In this document: in pieces, positions 19,496 through 29,208 of the stretch | How positions within the stretch are numbered: the stretch's first letter is position 1 | Layout: every line of letters starts with the position of its first letter | Assembly: GCA_965223545.1 (NCBI GenBank) | Contig: OZ245006.1 | Span: 6,720,001-6,784,000, forward strand | DNA: 64,000 bases | Direction of reading: 5' to 3' | DNA from: Planctomycetota bacterium | Lineage (GTDB): Bacteria > Planctomycetota > UBA1135 > UBA2386 | Made by a program: the position numbers and the translations under genes | Notes under the pieces: generated by a model | What the model was told of the DNA's origin: nothing | Database searches by the model: none | Seen by the model: the letters and a program-made list of their open reading frames with translations, nothing else

Positions 19496-20401
19496 TCAGA
19501 GCAGGCGGGTGGAGGCGTACGGGACGCTCCAGTTGGCGAGCGTGGTGCTGACCGGGATGAAGGGCGGCAGCATGGCGTCGATCTTGATCAGGCCGCGCAT
19601 CGCGCCGCGGTGGAAGATCAGGTTGCCCGAGCGGCCCCACGTGGTGGTGGCGTTGATATCGGGCTGGGCGGTGGTCCAGTTGGCGTCCAGCTTCTGCTCG
19701 TTGGCGTAGAAGGAGAAGCTGAGGTTGGCATACATCAGGAGGCTGATGACGGTGGCGCTGGCGCTGCCGTTGCCGGAGACCGCGGCCTCGCCGTTGAAGC
19801 GGACCTTCGCCTTGCACGGGTCGAAGGTGCCGTCGAGGGCGGCACGGACCCGGCCGTAGGCGCGGCCGCTGAGTAGGGCGACGCCGGCGCCGACGGGGAC
19901 CGTCAGAGTGGGCGTCATGAAGCGGAGGCGGATCGTGCTGCGGCCGCTGAAGCCGGTGCTGAACGAGCTGTTCCACAGCACCGAGTTGCCGACCCGCAAG
20001 TAGACGCTGCCCGAGGAGTAGCAGGAGGTGCCCATGAGCCGGCCGAGGGTGCTCGTCTTGACGGTGCCGACGGCGGCGAGGTTCATGCGGAAGTCGCCGG
20101 CGCGGCCGGAGCTGCCGAGAAAGCGGAGGTCGGCGACGGCGCGGGTGCTGCCACTGGCGGCGAGGGTGGTCTCCCAGTAGGGCGCGGTGACGATCCAGCC
20201 CGAGCCGGAGCTGGGCACGTATCGCGTGCTCTTGCCGGCGGCGATGTAGCCGGTGCCGTAGGTGTAGACGCCGGCGTCGCTGTCGCCGAACGACTTCGAG
20301 TAGGTGCGGGTCAGGGACATGTTCTGGGCGGAGCCGGCGCTGGCCAGGGTCAGCAGGGCGGCGGCGACGGGGGCGAACAGGGCGGCGGTGGTGGTCTGCA
20401 T
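19496..20401 (-). CDS. Secreted hypothetical beta-rich protein, paralog A (301 aa)
   Basis: Signal peptide; collinear paralog at 20759-21664. Confidence 0.8.
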   Translation of the reverse strand: MQTTTAALFAPVAAALLTLASAGSAQNMSLTRTYSKSFGDSDAGVYTYGTGYIAAGKSTRYVPSSGSGWIVTAPYWETTLAASGSTRAVADLRFLGSSGRAGDFRMNLAAVGTVKTSTLGRLMGTSCYSSGSVYLRVGNSVLWNSSFSTGFSGRSTIRLRFMTPTLTVPVGAGVALLSGRAYGRVRAALDGTFDPCKAKVRFNGEAAVSGNGSASATVISLLMYANLSFSFYANEQKLDANWTTAQPDINATTTWGRSGNLIFHRGAMRGLIKIDAMLPPFIPVSTTLANWSVPYASTRLL

Positions 20402-20532
20402 CGTTCTCTTCCTGGGTTTCGAGCCGGCGTTTGGCGACGTTGCCCACCGGCACCGGACGGAACGCCGCGCCGCGCGCGATCGACCGTGGACTCCGAAAAA
20501 ACCGTCGCGGCCTCGGCTGCCCTTGGATCGCG

Positions 20533-20693
20533 ATGCTGATGACCACCGCGCTGTTGTTCGTCGTTTGCCGCCACGCGGTGGGCAGGCCGCACCGGCGGCG
20601 CGCTGCGCCGACGAACTCGAGGCCGCGGGGGTCGCCGTGATCCGCGGGGTCCGCGGTCACGGCGTGGTCGGTGTCGTCGAGAACGGCGACGGC
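20533..20693 (+). pseudogene. Degenerate 5' fragment of the M20 amidohydrolase gene
   Basis: Matches 21795-22073, with a 1-nt deletion (gtcgtttgccg vs gtcgttttgccg), an internal deletion of about 120 bp, and truncation after GVVENGDG. Confidence 0.85.
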
Positions 20694-20758
20694 TGCGCCC
20701 GATCGCGCGTTGAAAGGGGCGTCGCGTCCGCCGCTGCGTGGCGGGCGCGGACCGTCGA

Positions 20759-21664
20759 TCAGAACAGGAGGGTCCAGGCGTAGGGGAAGCTCCAGTAGGC
20801 GAGCGTCGAGCTGACCGGGATGGAGGTTGGCTGTATGGCGTAGGCGTTGATCGTGCTGCCCATGGCGCCGCGGTGGAAGATCAGGTTGCCCGCGCGGCCC
20901 CAGGTGGTGGTGGCGTTGAGACCTGGCTGGGCCGTGGTTCCGTTGGCGTCCAGCTTCTGCTCTTTGATGGAGAATGAGAACGTCACGGACACAGGCTTCA
21001 TCAAGCCGATGGCGGCCGTTGTGGCGGTGGTGTCGCCGGAGACCGCGGCCTCACCGTTCAAGCGGACCTTCGCCTTGCAGGGGTCGATGTTGACGTAGAT
21101 GGCGGCGCGGACGCGGCCGTAGGCGCGGGCGGTGAGCTGGGAGGCGGAGCCGCCGAGAGCGACCACCATCGAGCTCGTCATGATTTGCAAGCGCATCGAG
21201 CTGATGCCGCTGAACATGGTGTTGACCGAGCTGTTCCACAGCACGGAGTTGCCGACACGCAGGTAGACGACGCCCGAGGACTTGCAGGTCGTGCTCATAG
21301 TGCGGCCGAGATTGTCCTTCTTGGTGTTGGACTCGGCGGCGAGGGATATGCGGAACTCGCCGGCGCGGGCCCAGTTGCCGAGCAAGCGGATGTCGGCAAA
21401 GGCGTGGGCGTTTCCGGAGGCGGCCAGCTTGGTGTGCCAGTAGGGGGCGGTGACGATCCAGCCCGAGCCGGTGCTGGGCACGTACTGCGTGCTCTTCACA
21501 GCGGCGAAGGAGCCGCCGCCACCGCTATAGACGCCGGCGATGGTGTTACCGTACGTCTTCGAGAACGTGCGGCCCCCGGACATGGACTGTGCGTGGCCGG
21601 TGCTGGCGAGGGTCAGTAGGGCGGCGGCGACGGAGGCAAAAAGGGTGGTGGAGGTGGTTTGCAT
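20759..21664 (-). CDS. Secreted hypothetical beta-rich protein, paralog B (301 aa)
   Basis: Shares blocks with paralog A: SGWIVTAPYW, VYLRVGNSVLWNSS, DPCKAKVR, EQKLDAN, GNLIFHRGAM. Confidence 0.8.
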   Translation of the reverse strand: MQTTSTTLFASVAAALLTLASTGHAQSMSGGRTFSKTYGNTIAGVYSGGGGSFAAVKSTQYVPSTGSGWIVTAPYWHTKLAASGNAHAFADIRLLGNWARAGEFRISLAAESNTKKDNLGRTMSTTCKSSGVVYLRVGNSVLWNSSVNTMFSGISSMRLQIMTSSMVVALGGSASQLTARAYGRVRAAIYVNIDPCKAKVRLNGEAAVSGDTTATTAAIGLMKPVSVTFSFSIKEQKLDANGTTAQPGLNATTTWGRAGNLIFHRGAMGSTINAYAIQPTSIPVSSTLAYWSFPYAWTLLF

Positions 21665-21794
21665 TGTGCTCTTCCTGGGTTTGGAGCCGGCGTTTGGCGA
21701 CGTTGCCCGCTTGCACCGGACGGAACGCCGCGCCGCGCGCGATCGACCGTGGACTCCCAAGAAAACGACTCGGCCTCGGCTACCCTGGATCGCG

Positions 21795-23105
21795 ATGCTG
21801 ATGACCACCGCGCTGTTGTTCGTCGTTTTGCCGCCACAGGGCGGGCAGGCCGCGCCGGCAGCGGCCGCGCCCACCGCCGTCCAGGCCTGGGTCGACGCGG
21901 AGCTGGACGAGCTCGTTGCGCTCTACCGCCACTTCCATCGCTATCCGGAGCTGTCGTTCTTCGAGGAGCGGACGGCGGCGCGCTACGCCGACGAGCTCGA
22001 GGCCGCGGGGCTCACCGTGACCCGCGGAGTCGGCGGGCACGGCGTGGTCGGCGTCGTCGAGAACGGCGATGGCCCCACGCTGATGCTGCGCGCCGATCTC
22101 GATGGTCTGCCACTGCAGGAGCAGACCGGGCTCGACTATGCCTCGCAGGCGCGCCAAGAGCTGCCCGGCGGCGAGCAGCAGCCGGTGATGCACGCCTGCG
22201 GTCACGACCTGCACATGACCAATCTGATCGGGGCGGTGCGCTACCTGGCCGCGCACCGCGGGCAGTGGCGCGGCACGCTTCTGGTCATCGGCCAGCCGGC
22301 CGAGGAGCGCGGCAGCGGTGCGCTGTTGATGCTGCGCGCCGGTCTCTTCCGCCGCTTTCCCAAGCCCGACTTTGCGCTGGCGCTGCACGTCCACCCGATG
22401 CTGCCGGCGGGCACCGTCGGCTATCGCGCGGGCGCGGCCATGGCCAACGTCGATTCCTGCGACATCGAGCTGTTCGGCAAGGGTGGGCACGGCGCCTACC
22501 CGCACCTGACCATCGACCCGATCGCGCAGGCCGCGCAGCTGGTCGTCGCGCTGCAGACCATCGTCAGCCGCGAGGTCTCGCCGCTGGAGCCTGCGGTGGT
22601 GACGGTCGGCTCGATCCACGGGGGTGCCAAGCACAACATCATCCCCGACCGGTGTGCGCTGCAGCTGACGGTGCGCTCCTACTCCGATGAGGTGCACGCG
22701 CGCATCAAGGCCGCGATCGAGCGCAAGGCCAAGGCGATCGCCGACAGCGTCGGCGCGCCGCCGCCGGTGGTGGAGTTCTCGGAGAGCGTGCCCGCGCTGG
22801 TCAACGACGATGCCCTGACCGAGCGGGTGGCGGCGGCGTTCCGCCGCGCGCTCGGAGAGGAGGCGGTGCAACCCGCCGAGCCGGTGATGGGGGCCGAGGA
22901 CTTCGCCTACTACGGCCGCGAGGGCGTCGCCATCTGCATGTTTCGGCTGGGCACCATCTCGCCGGAGCGCATCGCCGCCGCCCGCGCCGCCCGCCAGCCG
23001 CTGCCGCCGCTGCACTCGCCGTTCTTCGCCCCCGACGCAGCGCCATCGCTGCGCGGCGGCGTGGTCGCCATGGTCGCCGGTGCGCTCGAGCTGCTGGGGC
23101 GCTGA
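21795..23105 (+). CDS. M20 family amidohydrolase
   Basis: PELSFFE, LRADLDGLP, MHACGHD, QPAEE, GGHG, AEDF, PLHS; start uncertain. Confidence 0.93.
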   Translation: MLMTTALLFVVLPPQGGQAAPAAAAPTAVQAWVDAELDELVALYRHFHRYPELSFFEERTAARYADELEAAGLTVTRGVGGHGVVGVVENGDGPTLMLRADLDGLPLQEQTGLDYASQARQELPGGEQQPVMHACGHDLHMTNLIGAVRYLAAHRGQWRGTLLVIGQPAEERGSGALLMLRAGLFRRFPKPDFALALHVHPMLPAGTVGYRAGAAMANVDSCDIELFGKGGHGAYPHLTIDPIAQAAQLVVALQTIVSREVSPLEPAVVTVGSIHGGAKHNIIPDRCALQLTVRSYSDEVHARIKAAIERKAKAIADSVGAPPPVVEFSESVPALVNDDALTERVAAAFRRALGEEAVQPAEPVMGAEDFAYYGREGVAICMFRLGTISPERIAAARAARQPLPPLHSPFFAPDAAPSLRGGVVAMVAGALELLGR

Positions 23106-23213
23106 CGGCGAAGCCGCGCCCGGCGCCACCGGCACCTCACGCCCGGCTGGCGCTGGGCTTCGCTGAGCGCGCTCCGCTCAAGCTGCGCCTGGACGCGCGC
23201 CGACGGCAGGAGC

Positions 23214-23573
23214 ATGCGGGGGCTCCGCGGTTGGTCTTGCAGCGCGATCGGGCTGCTCTGGTGCTGCGTCGGTTGTGGGTTCGATCCGAAGACGACGCTG
23301 ACCGTGCGCGCCGAGGGGCGGCTCGAGTCGGAGGCGGTGCGCGAGGCACTGGTGGACGTGCTGTCGGCAGCGGTCGCCGACGGCGGCCGGCACCGGGCGA
23401 CCTTTGCCAGCGGTGAGTTCACGGTTCTGCTGGCTCCGGTGACCGACGTCGACGCCTACACCGAGCGGCTGCAGCGGCAGCTGCAGCGGGTGAACGAGTC
23501 GCCCTTGGCGGTGCGTCTCTTGGCGACGATCGAGGCAGTCGAGGGCCGCGCGATGCGCATCCTCGTGCACTGA
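23214..23573 (+). CDS. Small hypothetical lipoprotein
   Basis: GGAG RBS, lipobox-like CVGC; fills the intergenic gap. Confidence 0.6.
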   Translation: MRGLRGWSCSAIGLLWCCVGCGFDPKTTLTVRAEGRLESEAVREALVDVLSAAVADGGRHRATFASGEFTVLLAPVTDVDAYTERLQRQLQRVNESPLAVRLLATIEAVEGRAMRILVH

Positions 23574-23612
23574 CGCCGCGTCGGCCGAGGTTGTTCTTGG
23601 CCACCGCGGCAC

Positions 23613-24770
23613 ATGCGCTCTGCTGTGTCGGTGAATCCGGCACCGCGACTCGCCGCCTTCTACGCCGCCTACTTCGGGGTGATCGGGGTGCTGATGCCGT
23701 TCTGGCCGGTGTGGCTGGCGGAGGCAGGTGCCACCGAGAGCGAGATCGGCGTGCTGGTCGCCACCGGTGCCGCCGTGCGTCTGGTCGGCAACCCGGTCAT
23801 TGGCGGCTTCGTGGATCGTCGTGGCAAGAGTCGCGGCACGTTGTTGGTCCTCGCCTGGGCCGCGATGGCGTGCTTCTCGCTGTTCGCCGGCGCCCGCGGC
23901 TTCTGGTGGCTCTTGTCGATCAGCATCGGTTTCGGGCTGGCGCACTCGCCGCTGTTGGCGCTGGTCGAGGCGCTGAGCACGCGCTGGGTGGTTGCCAGAG
24001 GTCTCGACTACGGTCGACTGCGGGTTTGGGGCTCGATCGCGTTCATCGGCGGCGCCGTCGCTGCCGGTGCTCTGCTGGAACGCGGCGGTCCGCGCGCGGT
24101 CTTGGTTTCGGCGCTGGTCTTGCTCGCGGTTCAAGCGCTCGCTACCCACGCTCTGCCCGAGCCACCGGAGCGGGGCCTGCCGCCGGCACCGCGCGCGGTC
24201 GGCGCTCTGCTCCGCCGCCCCGACATGCGGTGGTTCTTGGCGGCGACGGCGCTGGTCTGGGGCAGCCACGCGGTCTACTACGGCTTCGCCACGCGGCTCT
24301 GGCAGCGCGCGGGTTCGAGCGAAACCGTGATCGGCGCGCTCTGGGCCGAGGGAGTGGTCTGCGAGATTGCGCTGTTCGCGGTCGCGCCCCGCATCGGCCG
24401 CCGCTTCTCCGCCGTCCAGCTCATGCGGCTCGGTGCCGCGGCGGCGGCGCTGCGCTGGGGTTGTCAGGCATCGAGCGGCGCGCTGTGGGTCGCGGTTGCG
24501 ACCCAGCCCCTGCACGCTCTCTCGTTCGGCGCGCTGCACTTGGGCGCGATGCGCTACCTGGCCGCGGCGGTGGTGCCGCAGCAAGCCGCGACCGCGCAGG
24601 GGCTGTACGGGGCTTGCGGGACGGGTGCGGCGCTGGGAGTCGGTCTGGCGTTGTCCGGCGTGTTGGTCGAGGGGTGGGGGCGTGGGGCGTACTGGGTGAT
24701 GGCCGCGGCGGCCGCGGTCGCGGTGCCGCTGCTGGTGCCGTTGCGAACTCAGCGCATCAACGCCCGGTAG
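23613..24770 (+). CDS. MFS transporter (HcaT/3-phenylpropionate-like)
   Basis: PFWPVWL, DYGRLRVWGSIAF, YYGF, EIALF, QPLHALSFG, AQGLY. Confidence 0.88.
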   Translation: MRSAVSVNPAPRLAAFYAAYFGVIGVLMPFWPVWLAEAGATESEIGVLVATGAAVRLVGNPVIGGFVDRRGKSRGTLLVLAWAAMACFSLFAGARGFWWLLSISIGFGLAHSPLLALVEALSTRWVVARGLDYGRLRVWGSIAFIGGAVAAGALLERGGPRAVLVSALVLLAVQALATHALPEPPERGLPPAPRAVGALLRRPDMRWFLAATALVWGSHAVYYGFATRLWQRAGSSETVIGALWAEGVVCEIALFAVAPRIGRRFSAVQLMRLGAAAAALRWGCQASSGALWVAVATQPLHALSFGALHLGAMRYLAAAVVPQQAATAQGLYGACGTGAALGVGLALSGVLVEGWGRGAYWVMAAAAAVAVPLLVPLRTQRINAR

Positions 24771-26266
24771 ACGAGCGCCGAGATCTCGCGCACCGGTGCC
24801 CCCAGCGTGTTGCACATCACCGCGACCACGACTTCGTTGCCCGGGTCGAGCAGGAGATCGGTCGCGGTCTTGTTCTGCGAGCCGCTGTGGGCGGGCAGCA
24901 GCCGGCCGTCGAGGCGGCGCAGCGAGAAGCCCAAGCCGTAGCGCGTGGCGTTGCCGTCCGCGGTTTGCTGCGCCTCGAACATCGCTTCGCGCGTGGGCCG
25001 CGGCAGCAGCCGGCCGTTGAGCATGCCGATGCCGAAGCCGAGCAGGTCAGCGGTGCTGGAGATCCAGCCGCCGCCGGGCAGCTTCCACGCGACCGACTCG
25101 GTCGGCGAGCGGATGACACGGCCGTCCGGCGTGCGGTGGTAGCCGGCGGCGCGCCCTTCGATGGCGATCCACTCGTAGTCCGGCTGGAGCGTGTCGAGCT
25201 GCAGCGGTGCGGCGATGCCCTTCTGCACCAGCTCGACGTAGTCCTTGCCCGCGGCGCGCTCGAGCACTGCACCGAGCAAGGCGTAGCCGTGCGTGCTGTA
25301 GTGGTAGCGCTGGCCCGGCGGGGCGACCAAGGGCGTGGCGCGGAACACGTCGAGCGCGAGGATGCGGTCGGCGAACGGGTGCGGCCCGTCGTAGGAGCGC
25401 GGTGTCGCCCGGGCGCCGCGGTAGTGGGTGATGCCAGCGGTGTGGGCCAGCAGCTGGCGCGCGGTGATCGGCGCGCCGGGATCGTCGAACTCCGGCACCA
25501 GCGGTCGCACGTCGGCGTCGAGGTCGATCTTGCCGCGGTCCCGCAGCTGCATCGCGGCGACCGCGGTCAGCGGCTTGGAGATCGACGCCCAACGGTAGAG
25601 GGTGTCCTCGCCGGCCGGGCGGCGGGCGGCGAAGTCGGCGAAGCCGTAGCTGCGGACGTCGAACGGCCGATTGCCCCGCGCCGCGGCGATCGTCAGGCCG
25701 ACGGCGCGCTTCTTCTGCATCCACGCCGTGATGTCGCGGTCCAGGGCGGCACCGGCGGCCTCGTCGAAGCCGCGGCGCGCGACGGTGATTGGCCGCGCCA
25801 CCGTGTCGTCGAACTCTTCCACGCGCCGCACGGCGTCGTCCGGGATTCCGTCCGCCGCCCGCGCCAAGCGCACCGTCCAGCGCTGGCCGGGGGTCCGAGA
25901 CTCCACCTCGAGGCCCCCTTCCCCGTCGGCCCAAGCGTCGGCGTGCGCGGTGCGCGGAAACAGCTCGAGCCGCAGCTGCAGACCCGGCGGGTCGGCGCGC
26001 AGGGCGCCATCCCCGGGAGCCTCGCCCTCCGCGGTGCGCAGCGTGCAGAGCACGCGCGCGGCATCGTCGGGGTCGGGGGCGACGAACAGGGTGCACGGCA
26101 CCGTGCCGTGGTGGGGGTGGGGCGCGTCGCCGGTGAAGGTGCCGAGCAGGGTCGCGGGGATCTCGGTCGGGACGGAGCCGGATTGCGCGGGTGCCGCCAC
26201 CGCGAGCACCGCGGTGACCGCGGTGATCCAGCCGAGGCGGCGGTGCGCTGCGGGAGCCTGGGTCAT
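24749..26266 (-). CDS. Secreted serine hydrolase (AmpC/beta-lactamase family)
   Basis: WASISK, LLAHTAG, YHYSTHGY, HSGSQ; 3' end overlaps the MFS gene by 22 nt. Confidence 0.88.
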   Translation of the reverse strand: MTQAPAAHRRLGWITAVTAVLAVAAPAQSGSVPTEIPATLLGTFTGDAPHPHHGTVPCTLFVAPDPDDAARVLCTLRTAEGEAPGDGALRADPPGLQLRLELFPRTAHADAWADGEGGLEVESRTPGQRWTVRLARAADGIPDDAVRRVEEFDDTVARPITVARRGFDEAAGAALDRDITAWMQKKRAVGLTIAAARGNRPFDVRSYGFADFAARRPAGEDTLYRWASISKPLTAVAAMQLRDRGKIDLDADVRPLVPEFDDPGAPITARQLLAHTAGITHYRGARATPRSYDGPHPFADRILALDVFRATPLVAPPGQRYHYSTHGYALLGAVLERAAGKDYVELVQKGIAAPLQLDTLQPDYEWIAIEGRAAGYHRTPDGRVIRSPTESVAWKLPGGGWISSTADLLGFGIGMLNGRLLPRPTREAMFEAQQTADGNATRYGLGFSLRRLDGRLLPAHSGSQNKTATDLLLDPGNEVVVAVMCNTLGAPVREISALVYRALMR

Positions 26267-26416
26267 GACGCCAATCGTCGTTGGCACCGCGCGGGCGCGC
26301 CAGCGGGTGCAGGCGCGGAATCGACGGCATCGCGCCAGGCCAGCCCCGGGGGCGGGTCGTTCTCCCTGGCGCTGGCGCCGGCGTGCGCTACACCTATGCG
26401 TTTCGCCGCCACCGCC

Positions 26417-27748
26417 ATGTATCGCGTCGTCATCGTCGGCCGCCCCAACGTCGGCAAGTCGAGCCTGCTCAATCGAGTGGCGGGCCGGCGCGTCGCGATC
26501 GTCGAGCCGACCGCCGGCGTGACCCGCGACCGCGTCGGCGCGACCGTCGAGTGGCGCGACCGGCGGTTCGAGCTGATCGACACCGGTGGGCTCGGGCTGG
26601 TCGACGAGGCGCTGCTCAAGGAGCACGTCGAAGAGCAGATCGACTTCGCACTCGGCGGCGGCGATCTGATCTTGTTCGTCGTTGACGGTAAGGACGGCTT
26701 GGTGCCGGGCGACCAGCTCGTCGCGCAGCGGCTGCGCCGGCTCGGCAAGCCGGTGCTGCTGGTTGCCAACAAGATCGAGTCCCACTGGGAGGAGCTCGGC
26801 GTACACGATTGGCAGCGCGTCGGCTTCGGCGAGCCGTTGCCAGTGAGCGCGGTCGAGGGCTTCGGCATCAGCGATCTGCTGGACGCGGTCCTCGAAGCCC
26901 TGCCCGAGCCCGCCGCCGACGAGCAGCCGTCGGCCGACGCCCCGCTCAAGTTCGCCATCGTCGGCAAGCGCAACTCCGGCAAGTCGACGCTGGTCAACCT
27001 GCTGGTCGGAGAGGAGCGCGTCATCGTCTCCGACGTGCCCGGCACGACGCGCGACGCGGTCGACGTCGAGTTCGAGCACCGCGGCCGGCCGATGGTGGCG
27101 ATCGACACAGCCGGCGTGCGCAAGAAGCGCAGCCTGCAGGATGCGATCGAGCTGTTCAGCTACACCCGGGCAACGGAGAGCATCCGCCGCTCGGATGTCG
27201 TCGTGCTGCTCTTCGACATTGGCGCCGAGATCAGCCAAGTCGACAAGAAGGTCGCCGCCTACTGCGCCGAGCACAAGAAGCCGGTCTTGATCGCCGGCAA
27301 CAAGCTCGACCTCGCCGACGAGCTCGTGTTGGAGCAGTGGGACGCCTACATCAAGCAGCAGCTGTCGGGGCTGGCCTTCGCGCCGGTGGTGTTCCTGTCC
27401 GCGCTGTCCGGCGAGAACGTCGACGCCGCGGTCGAGCTGTTGTTCGAGCTGCGCGAGCAGGCCTCGGTGCGCATCCCGACGGCCCGGCTCAACGAGGTGC
27501 TGCAGAGCGCGCGGCAGAAGCTGACACCGCGCGGGCCCGGCAAGATTCCCAAGCTGTTCTACGGCACGCAGACCGGCATCATGCCCGTGACCTTGTTGGT
27601 CTTCGTCAACGACCCCAAGCTGTTCCGCGGCCAGTACTCCCGCTATCTGGAGAACCGCTTGCGCACGGAGTTCGGCTGCGAGGAGGTGCCGTTGAAGTTG
27701 GTGTTCAAGAAGCGCGCCAAGGTCGAGCTGCCGCCGGCGACGCGATGA
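26417..27748 (+). CDS. der: Ribosome biogenesis GTPase Der (EngA)
   Basis: Two G domains (GRPNVGKS, GVTRD, DTGG, NKIE; GKRNSGKS, GTTRD, DTAG, NKLD) plus a KH-like C-terminus. Confidence 0.97.
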   Translation: MYRVVIVGRPNVGKSSLLNRVAGRRVAIVEPTAGVTRDRVGATVEWRDRRFELIDTGGLGLVDEALLKEHVEEQIDFALGGGDLILFVVDGKDGLVPGDQLVAQRLRRLGKPVLLVANKIESHWEELGVHDWQRVGFGEPLPVSAVEGFGISDLLDAVLEALPEPAADEQPSADAPLKFAIVGKRNSGKSTLVNLLVGEERVIVSDVPGTTRDAVDVEFEHRGRPMVAIDTAGVRKKRSLQDAIELFSYTRATESIRRSDVVVLLFDIGAEISQVDKKVAAYCAEHKKPVLIAGNKLDLADELVLEQWDAYIKQQLSGLAFAPVVFLSALSGENVDAAVELLFELREQASVRIPTARLNEVLQSARQKLTPRGPGKIPKLFYGTQTGIMPVTLLVFVNDPKLFRGQYSRYLENRLRTEFGCEEVPLKLVFKKRAKVELPPATR

Positions 27749-28539
27749 CGGCGCCCGATGCCGTCGCGTCCGGGACTCGCGCCCGCGTGTTCGTGTGTAT
27801 GCCGGCCTACCGTGCCGCGCGTACGTTGGAAGCGACGATCCGGGAGCTGCCCGCCGGCAGCTACGACGAGATCGTGCTCGGCGACGACGCCAGCGACGAC
27901 GGCACTGCCGAGCTCGCAGAAGCGCTCGGCCTGACGGTGGTGCGCAGCCCGCACAACCGCGGCTACGGCGGCAATCAGAAGCAGATCTACCAGGCGGCGC
28001 TGGACCGCGGTGCGGACATCATCGTGATGCTGCATCCCGACGGGCAGTACGACGGCTCGCTGGTGCCGGCGTTCGTCGAGTTCGTCGCCCGCGGCGTGGC
28101 CGACGTCATGTTGGGCAACCGCGTGCGCACGCGCCGCGAGTGCCTGCGCGACGGCATGCCGCTGTGGAAGTACCTCGCCAACCGCTGCCTGACGATTTTC
28201 GAGAACGTCGCCCTGGGGCAGAACCTCGGCGAGTTCCACTCCGGCTTCCGGGTCTACCGGCGGGCCGTACTCGAGGCGATCCCCTTCCACGACAACAGCG
28301 AGGACTTCGTCTTCGACTCGGAGCTGCTCGCGCAGGCGGTCCATTTGGGGTTTCGGGTGGCCGACGCGCCGATGCCGGTGCGCTATTTTCCCGAGGCCTC
28401 GAGCATCAGCTTCCGCCGCAGCCTCCGCTACGGGCTCACGACGGTGTGGGTGGTCGCCAAATTCTTGGCGCAGCGCCTGGGGCTGCGCCAGGCGATGTTC
28501 CGCCGGCGGGTGGCCGATCCGGCGGCTGGGGTCCGGTAG
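27745..28539 (+). CDS. Glycosyltransferase family 2 (polyprenol-phosphate glycosyltransferase-like)
   Basis: MPAY, DDASDD, NRGYGGNQK, HPDGQY, EFHSGFRVY; ATGA overlap with der. Confidence 0.92.
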   Translation: MTAPDAVASGTRARVFVCMPAYRAARTLEATIRELPAGSYDEIVLGDDASDDGTAELAEALGLTVVRSPHNRGYGGNQKQIYQAALDRGADIIVMLHPDGQYDGSLVPAFVEFVARGVADVMLGNRVRTRRECLRDGMPLWKYLANRCLTIFENVALGQNLGEFHSGFRVYRRAVLEAIPFHDNSEDFVFDSELLAQAVHLGFRVADAPMPVRYFPEASSISFRRSLRYGLTTVWVVAKFLAQRLGLRQAMFRRRVADPAAGVR

Positions 28540-28788
28540 GGCTCCGGGTCGGCCCAGGACGGGATTCTCCGCAGTTGCTTGACAGGCACCGGGCGCGGCC
28601 GACGATGCTCTGCAACCAGCGCGGGGGATCCCGGTGACCGGAGAGTGACTCCGGCAGCTGTGGCGAAGCAGCGGCCGCCGCGCTGGAACGAATCTGACCC
28701 GAAACCTGGACTGCGCCTCGCACACGGCGGCCTCGCCCTCGACGAGGGCGCGTCGTTTGCCCGCAGCCGTGCTTCGCCGGCAACTGCC

Positions 28789-29091
28789 ATGAAGAACCGA
28801 CTCTACGTAGGCAACTTGGCCTACCACACGACCGAGGACGCGCTGACCCAAGCCTTCGCCGCCGATGGGCGGCAGGTGAGCAGCGTGCAGATCATGATCG
28901 ACCGCGACAGCGGCCGATCCCGCGGCTTCGCTTTCGTCGAGATGGCGAACGACGCCGACGCCCAGTCCGCCATCGACGCGCTCGATGGCGCCGAACTCGA
29001 TGGACGCAACCTGCGCGTCAACGAAGCCCAGGAGCGCCGGCCCCGCGGTGGCGGTGGCGGTGGGCGCCGCGATCGCCACGACAGCTGGTAG
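28789..29091 (+). CDS. RRM (RNP-1) RNA-binding protein with Gly-rich tail
   Basis: LYVGNL (RNP2), RGFAFVEM (RNP1), GRNLRVNEA. Confidence 0.96.
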   Translation: MKNRLYVGNLAYHTTEDALTQAFAADGRQVSSVQIMIDRDSGRSRGFAFVEMANDADAQSAIDALDGAELDGRNLRVNEAQERRPRGGGGGGRRDRHDSW

Positions 29092-29106
29092 CGCAGCCCT
29101 TGCCCG

Positions 29107-29132
29107 GCGCCGCGCCCCACTAGGCGCGGCGC
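29107..29132. terminator. 10-bp hairpin after the RRM gene and downstream of the transposase
   Basis: GCGCCGCGCC-ccacta-GGCGCGGCGC. Confidence 0.45.
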
Positions 29133-29208
29133 AGTGCCGCCGCTAGTCCTCGAGCAAGTGCGTCTCGACGACGAGCGACGAGTCAGGCTGCGGCCCCGTC
29201 TCCGCTGC

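Noticed and set aside
19496..21664. Diversity-generating retroelement TR/VR pair
   Set aside because: Differences are not adenine-specific, span the whole gene, and no reverse transcriptase is present.
28616..28700. tRNA or tRNA-Sec
   Set aside because: Multibranch fold, but no TTCRA T-loop, no UCA anticodon arm and no CCA end.
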